Source: Myxococcota bacterium
GTDB taxonomy: Bacteria > Myxococcota_A > Polyangia > Nannocystales > Nannocystaceae
Assembly: GCA_039028615.1 (NCBI GenBank)
Contig: JBCCHT010000008.1
Location: forward strand, 32,001 to 96,000
DNA: 64,000 nt
Direction of reading: 5' to 3'
Below, piece after piece: positions 9,875 through 19,857 of this stretch; positions within the stretch are counted from its first letter, which is position 1; the number at the start of each line of letters is the position of its first letter. The translations under genes were made by a program, and so were the position numbers. The notes below the pieces were generated by a model, which saw only the letters and a list, made by a program, of their open reading frames with translations, did not search any database and was not told the origin of the DNA.

Positions 9875-12622
9875 TCACTCGCGGGGAATGGGTGCCAAGC
9901 GGTTGGCGATCACCAGCGCCTCGCCGAACAGATCGTCGCGGTCCTTGGTCTCGCGCAGCACGGGCGCCGCTTCGGCCGCGAGCGCCCTCGCCTGCTCGAG
10001 GTCGCCGCGCTGCTCGGCACACATCGCCAAGAAGGCTCGGGTCGCCGCGCGAGCCGTCGCGTCGTAACCCCGCTCGTCGTCGAGCGCGTCCTGGAGCGCC
10101 TGGCACCCGGCGTCGACCTGGCCCCGCGACAGTAGGGTCGCTCCCCGCCCCATCGCGACCTTCGCTCGCAGTGCGTGCAGCCCCGTGTCGGTGCTCTCGA
10201 TGAGCCCCCACGCGTGGCTCATCTCGTCGAGAGCACCCTGGGCCTGCCCTTGCCCGTAGTGCAGCCGCCCCAGGTTCCAGCGCGCATACACGACGGAGTC
10301 AGGATGGCCGCCCTCCTCCCAGATCGATGCCGCCGCTTCGTAGGCCTCCCGGGCATCCTCGACGTGACCCTGCGCGAGCATCACGTTGCCCAAGTTGTTG
10401 TAGATGCCGCCGACGCTGCGAGAGCGAGGACCGTAGGCCGACGACATGATGGCCAGCGCCTCGCGATTGGCGACCTCGGCCTCCTCGTGCTGGCCCCGCG
10501 CAGAGCGAATCGACGCCACCAGCATCCAGCTGCGACCGGTCTGCGGGTGGCGCTCGCCAAGCTCGTCGGAGCGCACGCGCATCCCGTGGCGGGCCAAGGT
10601 CTCGGCCTGCTCGTAGTTGCGACGCAGGTACTCGACGGCGGCGCGTTCAATGTCGGCGGAGGCCACCCGGAGGTGATCGGGACCCAGCTGCTCGCGTAGA
10701 TGGTCGTGGGCCCGGCTGGCGTGGGCAAAGGCCTCGTCGATCCGCCCGACCTCCCGCAGCGCCCGGCTCACGCCCAAGTCGATGGACGCACTGAGCCACG
10801 GGTCGTCGTGGGGACTCGACAGGGTGCGTGCCCGCTCGGCCCACTCGAGGGTGTAGTCGACCCGCGAGATGTCGCGCTGCACCGACACCAGCGCGGCCGC
10901 GGCCGAGAGCGCCGTCTCTCGATCACCCCGGGCCAAGGCCGTCCATGCCGCATCGACCAGCTCTCGCTCCGCCTCCTCGTTGCGCTGCTGCTGCGAGGCG
11001 ATCGTCCCCGCCACGGTCTGCGCCTTGGCGACCAGCGGCAGGTACCCCACGGCGCGCGCGGCCGCGAGGGCCTCGGCCGCCTCGGCCTGCGCCACCTCGT
11101 AGTGTCCGGCCGCGCTCTCGTTACGGACCTTGGCCAGCACCTGTTCGAGCTGCCGCACCTGGGGCTCCTGCTCGGCGGTGGGCGGCTCGACGCTCGACAA
11201 TACCGCTTCGGCGTCGCCACACCGCTCGATCGAGGGCAGCCCATCGACCAGCGCGACCGCCCGCAGCAAGGCGGCGTCGTCGGGCTCGCTCAGGACCTCG
11301 ACCATCGCGTCGAAGGACCGCCGCTTCCCCGCCAGGCAGGCGAGCCTCGCATCCATGATCCGACCCGACTGCTCCTCACGAACCTGGGTGGCCTCGCAGG
11401 CATCCACTCGGCTCTCGGCCCAGCCCCGCGACCACGCGTCGACCTGCGTGACGCGATCGGAAGACTCGGCGTCGTAGTTGCGATCGTAGCCCTCGAAGGC
11501 CCGCGTGATGGCCTCCTGGGCCGAGGGCCCATAGAGTTCCGCGTGCTGCTCTTCGATCGTGGGGCACGGGTTGGTGGGTGCATCGGAGCCCGCCATGACC
11601 CCGTAGACGACGCTGCCGATCGCGAGCGTCGCCACGGCCAGGGCCACGCCGAGACGCCGCGGCGGCCGACGACCCGCGGCGAGGGCTTCGACCAGCGCCT
11701 CCATGCTCGGCCAGCGGTCGGCGGGCTCCCGGGCGAGGCCCCGGGCGATCGCGGCTCGGATCGAGCTGGGCACCTCGGGCACCTCGAGCGGCTGCGGCTG
11801 GACCTCGCCGATGGCCACCATCAGCGCGACCGCATCCAGCACGTCACCGAAGGGGTGTGTGCCGGCCAGCGCCTCGTGCAAGGCCAGACAGAAGCTGAAC
11901 TGATCGGCGGCGGCGGTGATGGGCTCGCGGTGCACCTGCTCGGGCGCCATGTAACGGGGCGTGCCGAGCATGGATCCCGTGCGGGTGAGCGACGACGCCG
12001 GCCCGGGCGATACGAACTCCTCGCTCACCACCTCGGGCTCCGCCGACGCATCGCGATTACCCGCCACGACCAGGCCAAAGTCCATCACCCGCACGCGACC
12101 GCCCTCGTCGATCATGACGTTGCCCGGCTTGAAGTCGCGATGCACCAGGTCGGCCTCGTGCGCCGCGCTCAAGCCTCGCCCCGCCGCGATGAACACGTCG
12201 ACCGTCTCCTGCCAGCGCCGCGGGGTGGCGAGCCACTGGTCCAGGGTCTGCCCCGAGACCAGCTCCATCGCGATGAACACCGCCTCGTCGTGATGGCCGA
12301 CGTCGAAGACGGACACGACGTGCGGATCGCTGAGCCGAGCCAGCGCCCGGGCTTCCTGTAGCAAGCGAGCGTTGCGGGTGTCGCTGCGCTCGTGCAGCAG
12401 CTTGACGGCCACGCGACGGTCGAGCTGCGGGTCGTACGCGGCATAGACCACGCCCATCCCCCCGCTGCCGAGGCGATCGAGCACCACGTAGCGCGACAGC
12501 GCCTCCCCGCGTCGCAGCACCCGCTCGCTCGCCGCTCGGCCACGCCCCTCGAAGGCCCCGGTCGCGTTGATGGTGACGTCGGCCTCGGTCGCATCGCTCG
12601 ATGGCTGAGAGGAGGACGACAC
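9875..12622 (-). CDS. Ser/Thr protein kinase with TM segment and C-terminal TPR repeats
   Basis: GSGGMG, VAVK, HRDFKPGN, DFG, GTPRYMAPE; TM; TPR/kinesin-light-chain-like repeats. Confidence 0.93.
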   Translation of the reverse strand: MSSSSQPSSDATEADVTINATGAFEGRGRAASERVLRRGEALSRYVVLDRLGSGGMGVVYAAYDPQLDRRVAVKLLHERSDTRNARLLQEARALARLSDPHVVSVFDVGHHDEAVFIAMELVSGQTLDQWLATPRRWQETVDVFIAAGRGLSAAHEADLVHRDFKPGNVMIDEGGRVRVMDFGLVVAGNRDASAEPEVVSEEFVSPGPASSLTRTGSMLGTPRYMAPEQVHREPITAAADQFSFCLALHEALAGTHPFGDVLDAVALMVAIGEVQPQPLEVPEVPSSIRAAIARGLAREPADRWPSMEALVEALAAGRRPPRRLGVALAVATLAIGSVVYGVMAGSDAPTNPCPTIEEQHAELYGPSAQEAITRAFEGYDRNYDAESSDRVTQVDAWSRGWAESRVDACEATQVREEQSGRIMDARLACLAGKRRSFDAMVEVLSEPDDAALLRAVALVDGLPSIERCGDAEAVLSSVEPPTAEQEPQVRQLEQVLAKVRNESAAGHYEVAQAEAAEALAAARAVGYLPLVAKAQTVAGTIASQQQRNEEAERELVDAAWTALARGDRETALSAAAALVSVQRDISRVDYTLEWAERARTLSSPHDDPWLSASIDLGVSRALREVGRIDEAFAHASRAHDHLREQLGPDHLRVASADIERAAVEYLRRNYEQAETLARHGMRVRSDELGERHPQTGRSWMLVASIRSARGQHEEAEVANREALAIMSSAYGPRSRSVGGIYNNLGNVMLAQGHVEDAREAYEAAASIWEEGGHPDSVVYARWNLGRLHYGQGQAQGALDEMSHAWGLIESTDTGLHALRAKVAMGRGATLLSRGQVDAGCQALQDALDDERGYDATARAATRAFLAMCAEQRGDLEQARALAAEAAPVLRETKDRDDLFGEALVIANRLAPIPRE

Positions 12623-12666
12623 GCTCGCACGAGGGTATCGCGCCCGACGGCGCTACTGAAGCCCGG

Positions 12667-15600
12667 CTACTGCTCCGCGTTGCGGGCCCGCAGCCACTCT
12701 CGCACTGTACGCCGAAACTCGCCTTCGGCGGGCAGCCCTTCGAGGTGCTTCTGCGCCGACTTGGCCAGCGCGATGGCCCGGGGACGGTCGCGCCCTTCCC
12801 CGGCTGCAATCATCCACAGCACCTTGGCCAGGAAGTAGTCGGCCTCGGCCTTGAGCGCGGGCAGACCATCGGCCGACTCGAGCACCTTGGCCGCTCGCTG
12901 GGCGTGCTCGAGCGCATCGGCCATGCGCCCCTCGGCCAGCGCCACCCGACCGAGACCCACCAAGCCATGCGCCAGCTTGGGATGATCGACGCCGAGACTC
13001 TTGCCGCGCACCGCGATGGCCCGCTCGAGCAGCGTCCGCGCCCGCTCGTAGCGCTCCTCGGTGATGTGCACCTCGGCCAGGCCGATCAGCGAGAACGCGA
13101 GGTCGGGGTGCTCGATGCCCGAGGTGGCCTCGACGATGGCGATGGCGCGCTCGAACATCCGCGCCGCCGTGGCCCGGTCGCCTTCGTCGTTGTAGATGGT
13201 GCCCAGGTTGTTGAGCAGCGGGGCCACCGAGCCGTGGCTGGAGCCGTGCTGCTCCTCGTGAATGGCCAGCGCCCGCTCGAGCAGCGGCTTCGCCCGATCG
13301 GGTTGCCCCAGCGACTGCTGCACCGCCGCCATGTTGTTGAGCGTTCGAGCCACCTGCGGATGGCTGGAGCCCAGCGCTCGCTCGGCGATGGACAGCGCCC
13401 GCTCGTTGAGCGACAGCGCCTCGGTCAGGTTGCCCTGGAGCCGCTCGACGATGGCCGCGTTGCCCAGCAGCGTGACCAGCTGGGGGTGCTCGGGGCCCAG
13501 CGCCTTCTCGGTGATGGTCAGCGCCCGCTCGTAGTCGGCCTTGGCTCCCGCGTAGTCCCCGGTGGCCGTCTCGATCGCGGCGAGGTTCTGAAACAGCGTG
13601 GCGACCTGGGGATGGTCGGGTCCGTAGGTGGCCTCGAGCACGGCCAGGGTCTGCTGGAACAGCGCCTGGGCGGTGTCGTACTCGCCCTGCTTGTAGTGGA
13701 CGCCGGCCAGGGCATTGAGCCCGACCGTCAGCCGCGGGTGCTCGTCGCCGTGGACCCGACGATAGGTGCCGAGCGAGCGTTCGAACAGCTCCTTGGCAAC
13801 TGTGGCGTTGCCCTCGGTCGCCTCGATGTCGGCGAGGCTGTGGTCGCGCTGGGCCATGCGCAGCCCGAGCGGGTCCCCGGCGTGGCTGGCCGCGACCGCG
13901 GCATGCCGGACCCAGACTCGCCCCTCCTCGGGACGCGCCTGTCGCTTGCCCACGGTGACCGCCAGCTGCACGGCGGCATCGCTGGCCACCCCCCACGCGC
14001 TGGCTTCCATGGCCTCGACGAAGGCCTCGATGCCGACGCGCTCGGACTCGGGGTAGTCGCCGACGTGATCGAGCAGGTCGGCCTCGCGGGTCAGGGCGAG
14101 CGCCCGCAGGGCGGGCCAGTCGAGCCCCTCGGACTCGACCCGTGCCTCTCGAACCAGAGCCAGGGCCGGCGTGTACTTGCCCGCATCGGTCAGGGTGTGC
14201 GCGCGCGACAAGGACTCCCGGACGTCGGCGAACTGATCGCGGGTGCGCTGGGGGGGCGGCGGCGGCCCGTTGTCGAGCTGCGCTTCGTCGATGCACGACG
14301 CGACCGGGGTGAGCCGGGCCGCGGCCCTCACCGCGCGGCGCACCACCTCTTCGTCCGCCCGCGCCAGCTCCGTCACCAGCGACGTGAGCTCCAGTCGGCG
14401 CTCGTCGAGGCACCACAGCGAACGATCGAAGGTCTGATCGGTCCACTCCTCGCGCACCGACGTGTGCAAGCAGGCCTCGGTCCGGGCGTCCGACCACTCG
14501 TGGGCCTGGCGGTTGAGCCACGGCATGACGTTGTCGGCCGTGCTCACCGCGTAGCCGACATCCGTCGCCAGCAGACCGCGACGGACCCCGTCTCGCGCCT
14601 CGTCGTTCCAGACCTCTTCGATGCTCTGCCCCGCGACGCGACAGCGCTCGATGGCCTCCTCGGTACGTCGGCCTTCCAGCCAATCCGAGACCTGCCACGC
14701 GCCGACCCCCACCGCGAGCCCCGCCACGAGCACGCTTGCTCCGACGATCCGCTGTCGACGCTCCCGGGCCGAGCGATCGGGCTCGAGCACCTTGAGCAGC
14801 GCCTCCATGTTGGGGAAGCGATCGTCGCTGCGCACCGAGAGCCCGCGCTGGAGCGCCTCGCTGATCACCTTGGGCACGGGCAGCACGCTGGGCCAGGCGG
14901 GAGGCCCCCGCAGCTTGGCGCGCGCCAGGTTGGGTCCGCGGAAGGGCGGCTCCTTGGTCAGCGCCTCCCACAGCGCGACACAAAACGCGTACTGATCGGC
15001 GGTCGGCGTCAGGTCTCCGTCGTGGTGCTGCTCGGGCGCCATGTAGCGCGGCGTGCCCATCACGATGCCCGTCTGCGTGAGCGACTGCCCGACGTCCGAG
15101 GGAAACGACTCCTCGGGAGAAAACGAGCTCTCGCCGAAGGCATCGCGCGCGGGCTTGGCCAGGCCGAAGTCGGTGACCTTGACCCGGCCGTCTTCGGAGA
15201 CCAGGACATTCGACGGCTTGAAGTCCCGGTGCAGCAGGCCTTCGGCGTGGGCCGCCGCCAGCCCGCGCCCCGCCGCCACGAACACCCGCAGGATGTCCGG
15301 CCACTCCGGTCCCTTGCGCAGCCATCGACGTAGCGTCGTGCCCGAGACCAGCTCCATTGCGAGCAGCACCCCTTTTTCGGGATCGGTCTCCACGTCGTAG
15401 ACCGCCACCACGTTGGGATGACTCAGCTGCGCCATGATCCGCGCCTCGCGGAGCATGCGTTCTTGGGCTTGCGTGTTCATCACGTCCGCCCGCAAGACCT
15501 TCAGCGCCACCTCGCGCTGGAGCTTGGGCTCGTAGGCCCGCAGCACTCGCCCCATCGCACCACGACCGAGCTCGTCGATCACCACGTAGCGACCGAGCCG

Positions 15601-15723
15601 CGTCCCGATCTTTCCGGCTTCGGAGCCGGCGGGCGGCTTCACTCGCGGTGCATCGGGCTTGGTCGCGATCCCCCGAGGGCGGGTCTCGACCCTGCTCTCG
15701 ACGGTGCGCGGGCTCGACGTCAC
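12667..15723 (-). CDS. Ser/Thr protein kinase with TM segment and TPR repeats
   Basis: GRGAMG, VALK, HRDFKPSN, DFG, GTPRYMAPE; ~42-aa repeats of the type ERALAI.E...G..HP. Start GTG 15723 or ATG 15786. Confidence 0.93.
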   Translation of the reverse strand: MTSSPRTVESRVETRPRGIATKPDAPRVKPPAGSEAGKIGTRLGRYVVIDELGRGAMGRVLRAYEPKLQREVALKVLRADVMNTQAQERMLREARIMAQLSHPNVVAVYDVETDPEKGVLLAMELVSGTTLRRWLRKGPEWPDILRVFVAAGRGLAAAHAEGLLHRDFKPSNVLVSEDGRVKVTDFGLAKPARDAFGESSFSPEESFPSDVGQSLTQTGIVMGTPRYMAPEQHHDGDLTPTADQYAFCVALWEALTKEPPFRGPNLARAKLRGPPAWPSVLPVPKVISEALQRGLSVRSDDRFPNMEALLKVLEPDRSARERRQRIVGASVLVAGLAVGVGAWQVSDWLEGRRTEEAIERCRVAGQSIEEVWNDEARDGVRRGLLATDVGYAVSTADNVMPWLNRQAHEWSDARTEACLHTSVREEWTDQTFDRSLWCLDERRLELTSLVTELARADEEVVRRAVRAAARLTPVASCIDEAQLDNGPPPPPQRTRDQFADVRESLSRAHTLTDAGKYTPALALVREARVESEGLDWPALRALALTREADLLDHVGDYPESERVGIEAFVEAMEASAWGVASDAAVQLAVTVGKRQARPEEGRVWVRHAAVAASHAGDPLGLRMAQRDHSLADIEATEGNATVAKELFERSLGTYRRVHGDEHPRLTVGLNALAGVHYKQGEYDTAQALFQQTLAVLEATYGPDHPQVATLFQNLAAIETATGDYAGAKADYERALTITEKALGPEHPQLVTLLGNAAIVERLQGNLTEALSLNERALSIAERALGSSHPQVARTLNNMAAVQQSLGQPDRAKPLLERALAIHEEQHGSSHGSVAPLLNNLGTIYNDEGDRATAARMFERAIAIVEATSGIEHPDLAFSLIGLAEVHITEERYERARTLLERAIAVRGKSLGVDHPKLAHGLVGLGRVALAEGRMADALEHAQRAAKVLESADGLPALKAEADYFLAKVLWMIAAGEGRDRPRAIALAKSAQKHLEGLPAEGEFRRTVREWLRARNAEQ

Positions 15724-15812
15724 GGCGCTCAGGATATTACAGCCGAGGGTCGGCGTGCCGAGTCCCAGATCGAACGTCCAATACACCCACGGTGTAGGAC
15801 TATGATTCCGCG

Positions 15813-16364
15813 ATGAGCCATGGCTGTGCAGTGTGCCGAGAAGTCCCTGCGGCCGACTCGGTCGGCCTCAATCGGGTCGGCGGCCTGGACGTGTGCGATC
15901 CATGTTTTCTCGGGCTCGCGCCGCAACGCGCCCGTGCACGCGGCTGGAGCCTGAATATCGACCAATGGCAGCGTACTGACGGCGAAGGCAATGTCGTGGC
16001 CTACATCACCCGGGGCCACTTGACGCTTGCCAAGGGCGTCGGGATTCACTTCAAATCCCGGCGCAAGACGCTCATGCGCAAGCTTCTCCAGCTCTTCGCG
16101 CCCTCGGTCGCCGTAGGGGATCCCCTCTTCGACAACCACGTCTACACCCGCAGCAAGAACGCCGGTCTCACCCGGCGGATCCTCGCCGACGAGGGCGTGC
16201 AGTCCATCATCATGGACTTGCTGGGCGAAGGCTCGTGGATCGAGTTCGAGGCCAACACCCTCACCACCTACAGCGTGCGCGACGAGTACGTCTCCGAGGC
16301 CAAGTTCACCTCGGAGATGTGCGTGCTCGCCTCGCACCTCGAGCGCCTCGCCCTGCCGAGCTGA
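15813..16364 (+). CDS. Hypothetical protein with N-terminal CxxC pair
   Basis: CAVC...CDPC; GDPLFDNHVY motif; coding-like codon use. Confidence 0.65.
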   Translation: MSHGCAVCREVPAADSVGLNRVGGLDVCDPCFLGLAPQRARARGWSLNIDQWQRTDGEGNVVAYITRGHLTLAKGVGIHFKSRRKTLMRKLLQLFAPSVAVGDPLFDNHVYTRSKNAGLTRRILADEGVQSIIMDLLGEGSWIEFEANTLTTYSVRDEYVSEAKFTSEMCVLASHLERLALPS

Positions 16365-16399
16365 TTTCGGGTGGTCACCGCGGGCCGGGCTCCGGTAGT

Positions 16400-16735
16400 T
16401 TGAGTCCCTTGCCCAATCCCTCGCCCCCCATCGAACTCGTCGAGCGCGGCGGCACCACGTGCCCCCACTGCGGCACGCCGCTGGCGTCGGCCGAGCGCAC
16501 CCGACGAACCCGGACCGCCCGATGTCGCGGTCGCTTCGGCGGGCACTACACGTACACGGTTCGCGAGCTGCGATGCGCCGGGTGCCGCCGCCTGGTGCCC
16601 GCCCGGAAGACCGAGCAGGGCTTCGTCACCGTGCCCGACCCCGGCATCAGCGGGCCGAACGTGATCACCGAGCTCGAGCGTGAACAGCTCGGGCAGGCGA
16701 TCGAGCTGCAGTACGCCGAACAAGATCGCTCCTGA
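16400..16735 (+). CDS. Small zinc-ribbon-like protein
   Basis: CPHC and CAGC pairs; fills the gap between genes; start (TTG 16400) uncertain. Confidence 0.5.
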   Translation: MSPLPNPSPPIELVERGGTTCPHCGTPLASAERTRRTRTARCRGRFGGHYTYTVRELRCAGCRRLVPARKTEQGFVTVPDPGISGPNVITELEREQLGQAIELQYAEQDRS

Positions 16736-16813
16736 GTCGCGGGACGCGACTCGAGCGAATCGCCGTGGTCGAGGACCGCGGTGATCCGCTCGAAGTGGGC
16801 TTACCCGAGGCTC

Positions 16814-18979
16814 TCAGTCGGTGAAGCGAACGCCGACGTCGTCGACGAAGTAGGTGCCCGTGCTCAGGGTCGTGCCGTAGGTGTACATGCCGAACATGAC
16901 ACGCAGCGCCTCCCCCGTCGCGAGGGGCTCGTCGACCTGGATGCAGGTCTCGCTCCAGTTCGTGCCCGGGATGAAGTACGAGCCGGCGACGTAGGTGCCA
17001 TCGGTGTGCTCCACCCGCAGGCGCCCCAGGGTCCCGCCCTGCCACGTCGTGGACGGATCACGACGATGATCGAAGCACAGCGTCCCGCTGCCGTCTTGGG
17101 GGAAGGGCAGATCGTGGGTGGCGAGGTCGTAGTCGAAGCCCGTGCCGCTCGGGTTCGTCGCCGTGATCCGGCCCGCCCAGTTGACGCCCGTGCCCTGACC
17201 GTCGGGCAGGATGTGCGGCCGAACGGTCCACGACGGAGCCTCGGGCTCGAACCACGCTCGGCGCTCGTCGTGGCTGTCGAACGTGTTCGCGAACCGCTCC
17301 ACGGCCGTCCAGCCCTGCGGGAGCACATACGTCGTCGAGTGAGGCACCGGCTCGTTGACGGAAACGTCGTGGATCGAGCCCGACGCGTTCCACCCTTGGA
17401 TCACCAGCTTGGACACGTTGGCGGGCGGATTGACCGTCACCCGTCGCGCGGTGGGGCCATCGTTGGAGTTGTCGAAGAAGAACGGGCTACAGGAGAGCGT
17501 GTTGCCATCGAGACAAACCCGGTACCACCCCGTGGTGCTGTCGAGGTTCAGCGTGACATCGAGCGGCTCCGCGCTGCTGAGGTTGAGCCCGGGATGCCGT
17601 GCGAGATCGACCCACGCGTTGTTGGCCAAGACCGTCGATTGGTAGGTCACCCGGCCCTGGTTGAGCTGGTGAGCCGAGCCCACGCCCAGCTCCCACTGCC
17701 GAGTCTGGCGACGGCTGTCGAACCGAAGGTGGTGCATCGACTTGTGGTTCTCGCCCTCGATGTCCTCGATGTCGGACACGAGGTCGAAGAACCAATCCGA
17801 GTCCTGGTCGACGTAGGTGTTGGTGTAGTCGTCCGGGTCGAGGCCCAGGCTCGTCACGTAGCTGGCATTGATGGTGTTGTCGGTATCGCAGTTGGTGACC
17901 GGTGTGGCGCAGTACGACGGCGACGACAGCGGCGTGTAGATCCACCCGTAGGTCATGAAGTCGCGCATGCTCAACGCCCATCGGTTGAGGCCGTCTTCCC
18001 AGCCCGTCGACAGCGGGCCCACGACCATGCGCCCGGCGCTGTTGAAGTGGCCCGAGCCACTGGCCCCGCCCATGGACCACAGCGCCATGCGGACTGCCCG
18101 GGCGAGGGTGTTGCCCTGGTACGGGTAGCCGACGCTACCGAGATTGTCGGTCGGATTGGCCGACACGCCCGGGACCTCGAGCTGGGCGATATGCCCGCTG
18201 GTCAGCAAGCTCGCGTCGCCCGCGGCCGGAACGTTGTCGATTTTGTTGTTGAAGACCGAAAAAATGTAGCCGTAGAGCGTGGGCTCGCTGACGTCGACAT
18301 CGACCCAGCCGAAGCGGTCACCCAGGGAGACCCCACTACTCGTGGTGGGGCAGTGGTAGACCGCCAAGTCGGTCTCGGGAAAGGTGTGGAACAGCAGATT
18401 GCACGTGTACTGCTCGGTCCGCTGCTCCGTCACATCGCGCTCGCGATAGACCCGCCCCGTCACATCCATCATGGTCATGCTCGGGGCATCGGCACCGCAG
18501 TGGGCGGCGGTCACGAGAATGTTCGGGCCGATCATCGTCGCCGAACAACCCAGACCGGTGGGAGCGCTCACGCTCTCCGTGGCAGGAGTGGCCCAGCTGG
18601 TCTCCGCGTAGAGCGGGTTGAGGTAGTAGTCGGTCACTCGGCGCACACCGCCGCTAGCGGTGGCGGTCTCGGTGGCGATGGTCTCGGGGTCGCGCTCGTG
18701 GTCGGTCAGCCCGAAGGGCTCCAGCTCGCCTTCGTCGTCCGACGATGGTTGCTCCGTCTCGTCGACGAAACGGATCTCGGGCTCGTCGCCATCGGGAAGC
18801 TCGACACCCGGCGGCAACAGTTCGTCGGCCGGGAGTTCTTCGGCGAACGCCTCTTGCCATTCGAGGTCGGCCGCGTCGTCGACATCGGCACACGCCGTCA
18901 CCAAGGACAACAGCACGAGACCGCGGACGGCGGGCAAGGAGCGAGAAGAAACGGGAGTGGAACGCTGGGGGTTGGTCAT
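16814..18979 (-). CDS. Secreted/lipoprotein trypsin-like (S1) serine protease with C-terminal extension
   Basis: LVTAC lipobox-like; CSATMIGPNILVTAAHC (His), DLAVY (Asp), GASGSG (Ser); beta-rich C-terminus. Confidence 0.8.
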   Translation of the reverse strand: MTNPQRSTPVSSRSLPAVRGLVLLSLVTACADVDDAADLEWQEAFAEELPADELLPPGVELPDGDEPEIRFVDETEQPSSDDEGELEPFGLTDHERDPETIATETATASGGVRRVTDYYLNPLYAETSWATPATESVSAPTGLGCSATMIGPNILVTAAHCGADAPSMTMMDVTGRVYRERDVTEQRTEQYTCNLLFHTFPETDLAVYHCPTTSSGVSLGDRFGWVDVDVSEPTLYGYIFSVFNNKIDNVPAAGDASLLTSGHIAQLEVPGVSANPTDNLGSVGYPYQGNTLARAVRMALWSMGGASGSGHFNSAGRMVVGPLSTGWEDGLNRWALSMRDFMTYGWIYTPLSSPSYCATPVTNCDTDNTINASYVTSLGLDPDDYTNTYVDQDSDWFFDLVSDIEDIEGENHKSMHHLRFDSRRQTRQWELGVGSAHQLNQGRVTYQSTVLANNAWVDLARHPGLNLSSAEPLDVTLNLDSTTGWYRVCLDGNTLSCSPFFFDNSNDGPTARRVTVNPPANVSKLVIQGWNASGSIHDVSVNEPVPHSTTYVLPQGWTAVERFANTFDSHDERRAWFEPEAPSWTVRPHILPDGQGTGVNWAGRITATNPSGTGFDYDLATHDLPFPQDGSGTLCFDHRRDPSTTWQGGTLGRLRVEHTDGTYVAGSYFIPGTNWSETCIQVDEPLATGEALRVMFGMYTYGTTLSTGTYFVDDVGVRFTD

Positions 18980-19068
18980 GGCGGGGAGCAAGGACGCCGC
19001 TTTCGCGCCTTCAGCCTAGTGAACGGGGGCCACGACCCGACTCCCTCATTCGAATTCCCACGGAAAGT

Positions 19069-19857
19069 TCAATCTTCGATCACGACGTCCGCGGCCAGGC
19101 GATACCCCTGACCGACGGTCTCGATCTGCTCCTCGAGACCGAGGCTTCGAAGCGCACGGATCGAAGTCCACAGACGAGCCTGGGCTGATTCCCAGCGCAT
19201 GCGCTCGTCGGGCCACCCCGCCTGGATGCACTGCTCGGAGCTGACCTCGGTGCCGGGGCGCTCGCGATGGGCCAGCGCGAGGCGGGCCAGGATTCGCCGC
19301 ACGGCCTGGCGCCGCCGCAGGTCCACGACCTGCCCGTCGGGCAGACGGACCGAGCTTCCGTCCACTGCCACCCGGGGCCCCGTCGACTCGGCCCGCTCGG
19401 CCCGCTCGGCCGCGGACTGTTCTCGCAATCCCTCCAGCAAGCCACGCGCGACCCGGGGCGACAAGGGTGCACCTCCCGAGCCGAGCTCCAGCAGGCGGGA
19501 GACGAGCACATCGAGCGGGTCGCTCTTGACCAGATAACCGGAAGCGCCCGCTCGGATCGCGGCGTCCACCTCCTCCCGGCTGTCGTGCACGGTGCACATG
19601 ACGATGGGCAGCTCGGGGCGCTGGGCGTGCAGGAATCGCGTGCCGTCCAGGCCCGACTCGCCGGGCAGACCGAAGTCCATCAGCACCACGTCCCACTGCT
19701 GCAGTCGCTCCGGCTCGCGCTCGAGGGCCGTCCGCAGGTCCTCGACCGAGTCGAACGCCCCGCCGAAGCCGAGATCGGGGGTCAGCTCGATCATCGTCTT
19801 CAGGGCGTCGCGCATGGCCGCCTGATCTTCGACGATCGCGACTCGGATGGTGCTCAT
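19069..19857 (-). CDS. Response regulator (REC domain plus winged-helix-like output)
   Basis: IVED, LMDFGLPG, T, GASGYLVK; C-terminal AGWPDE...LRSLGL...GYRL; ATGA overlap with the kinase stop. Confidence 0.88.
   Translation of the reverse strand: MSTIRVAIVEDQAAMRDALKTMIELTPDLGFGGAFDSVEDLRTALEREPERLQQWDVVLMDFGLPGESGLDGTRFLHAQRPELPIVMCTVHDSREEVDAAIRAGASGYLVKSDPLDVLVSRLLELGSGGAPLSPRVARGLLEGLREQSAAERAERAESTGPRVAVDGSSVRLPDGQVVDLRRRQAVRRILARLALAHRERPGTEVSSEQCIQAGWPDERMRWESAQARLWTSIRALRSLGLEEQIETVGQGYRLAADVVIED

Noticed and set aside
12601..15333. Long antisense ORFs (also 52060-54879, 55435-57894, 16781-19111, 43765-46146)
   Set aside because: Typical high-GC shadow frames opposite well-supported genes, with no recognisable motifs.
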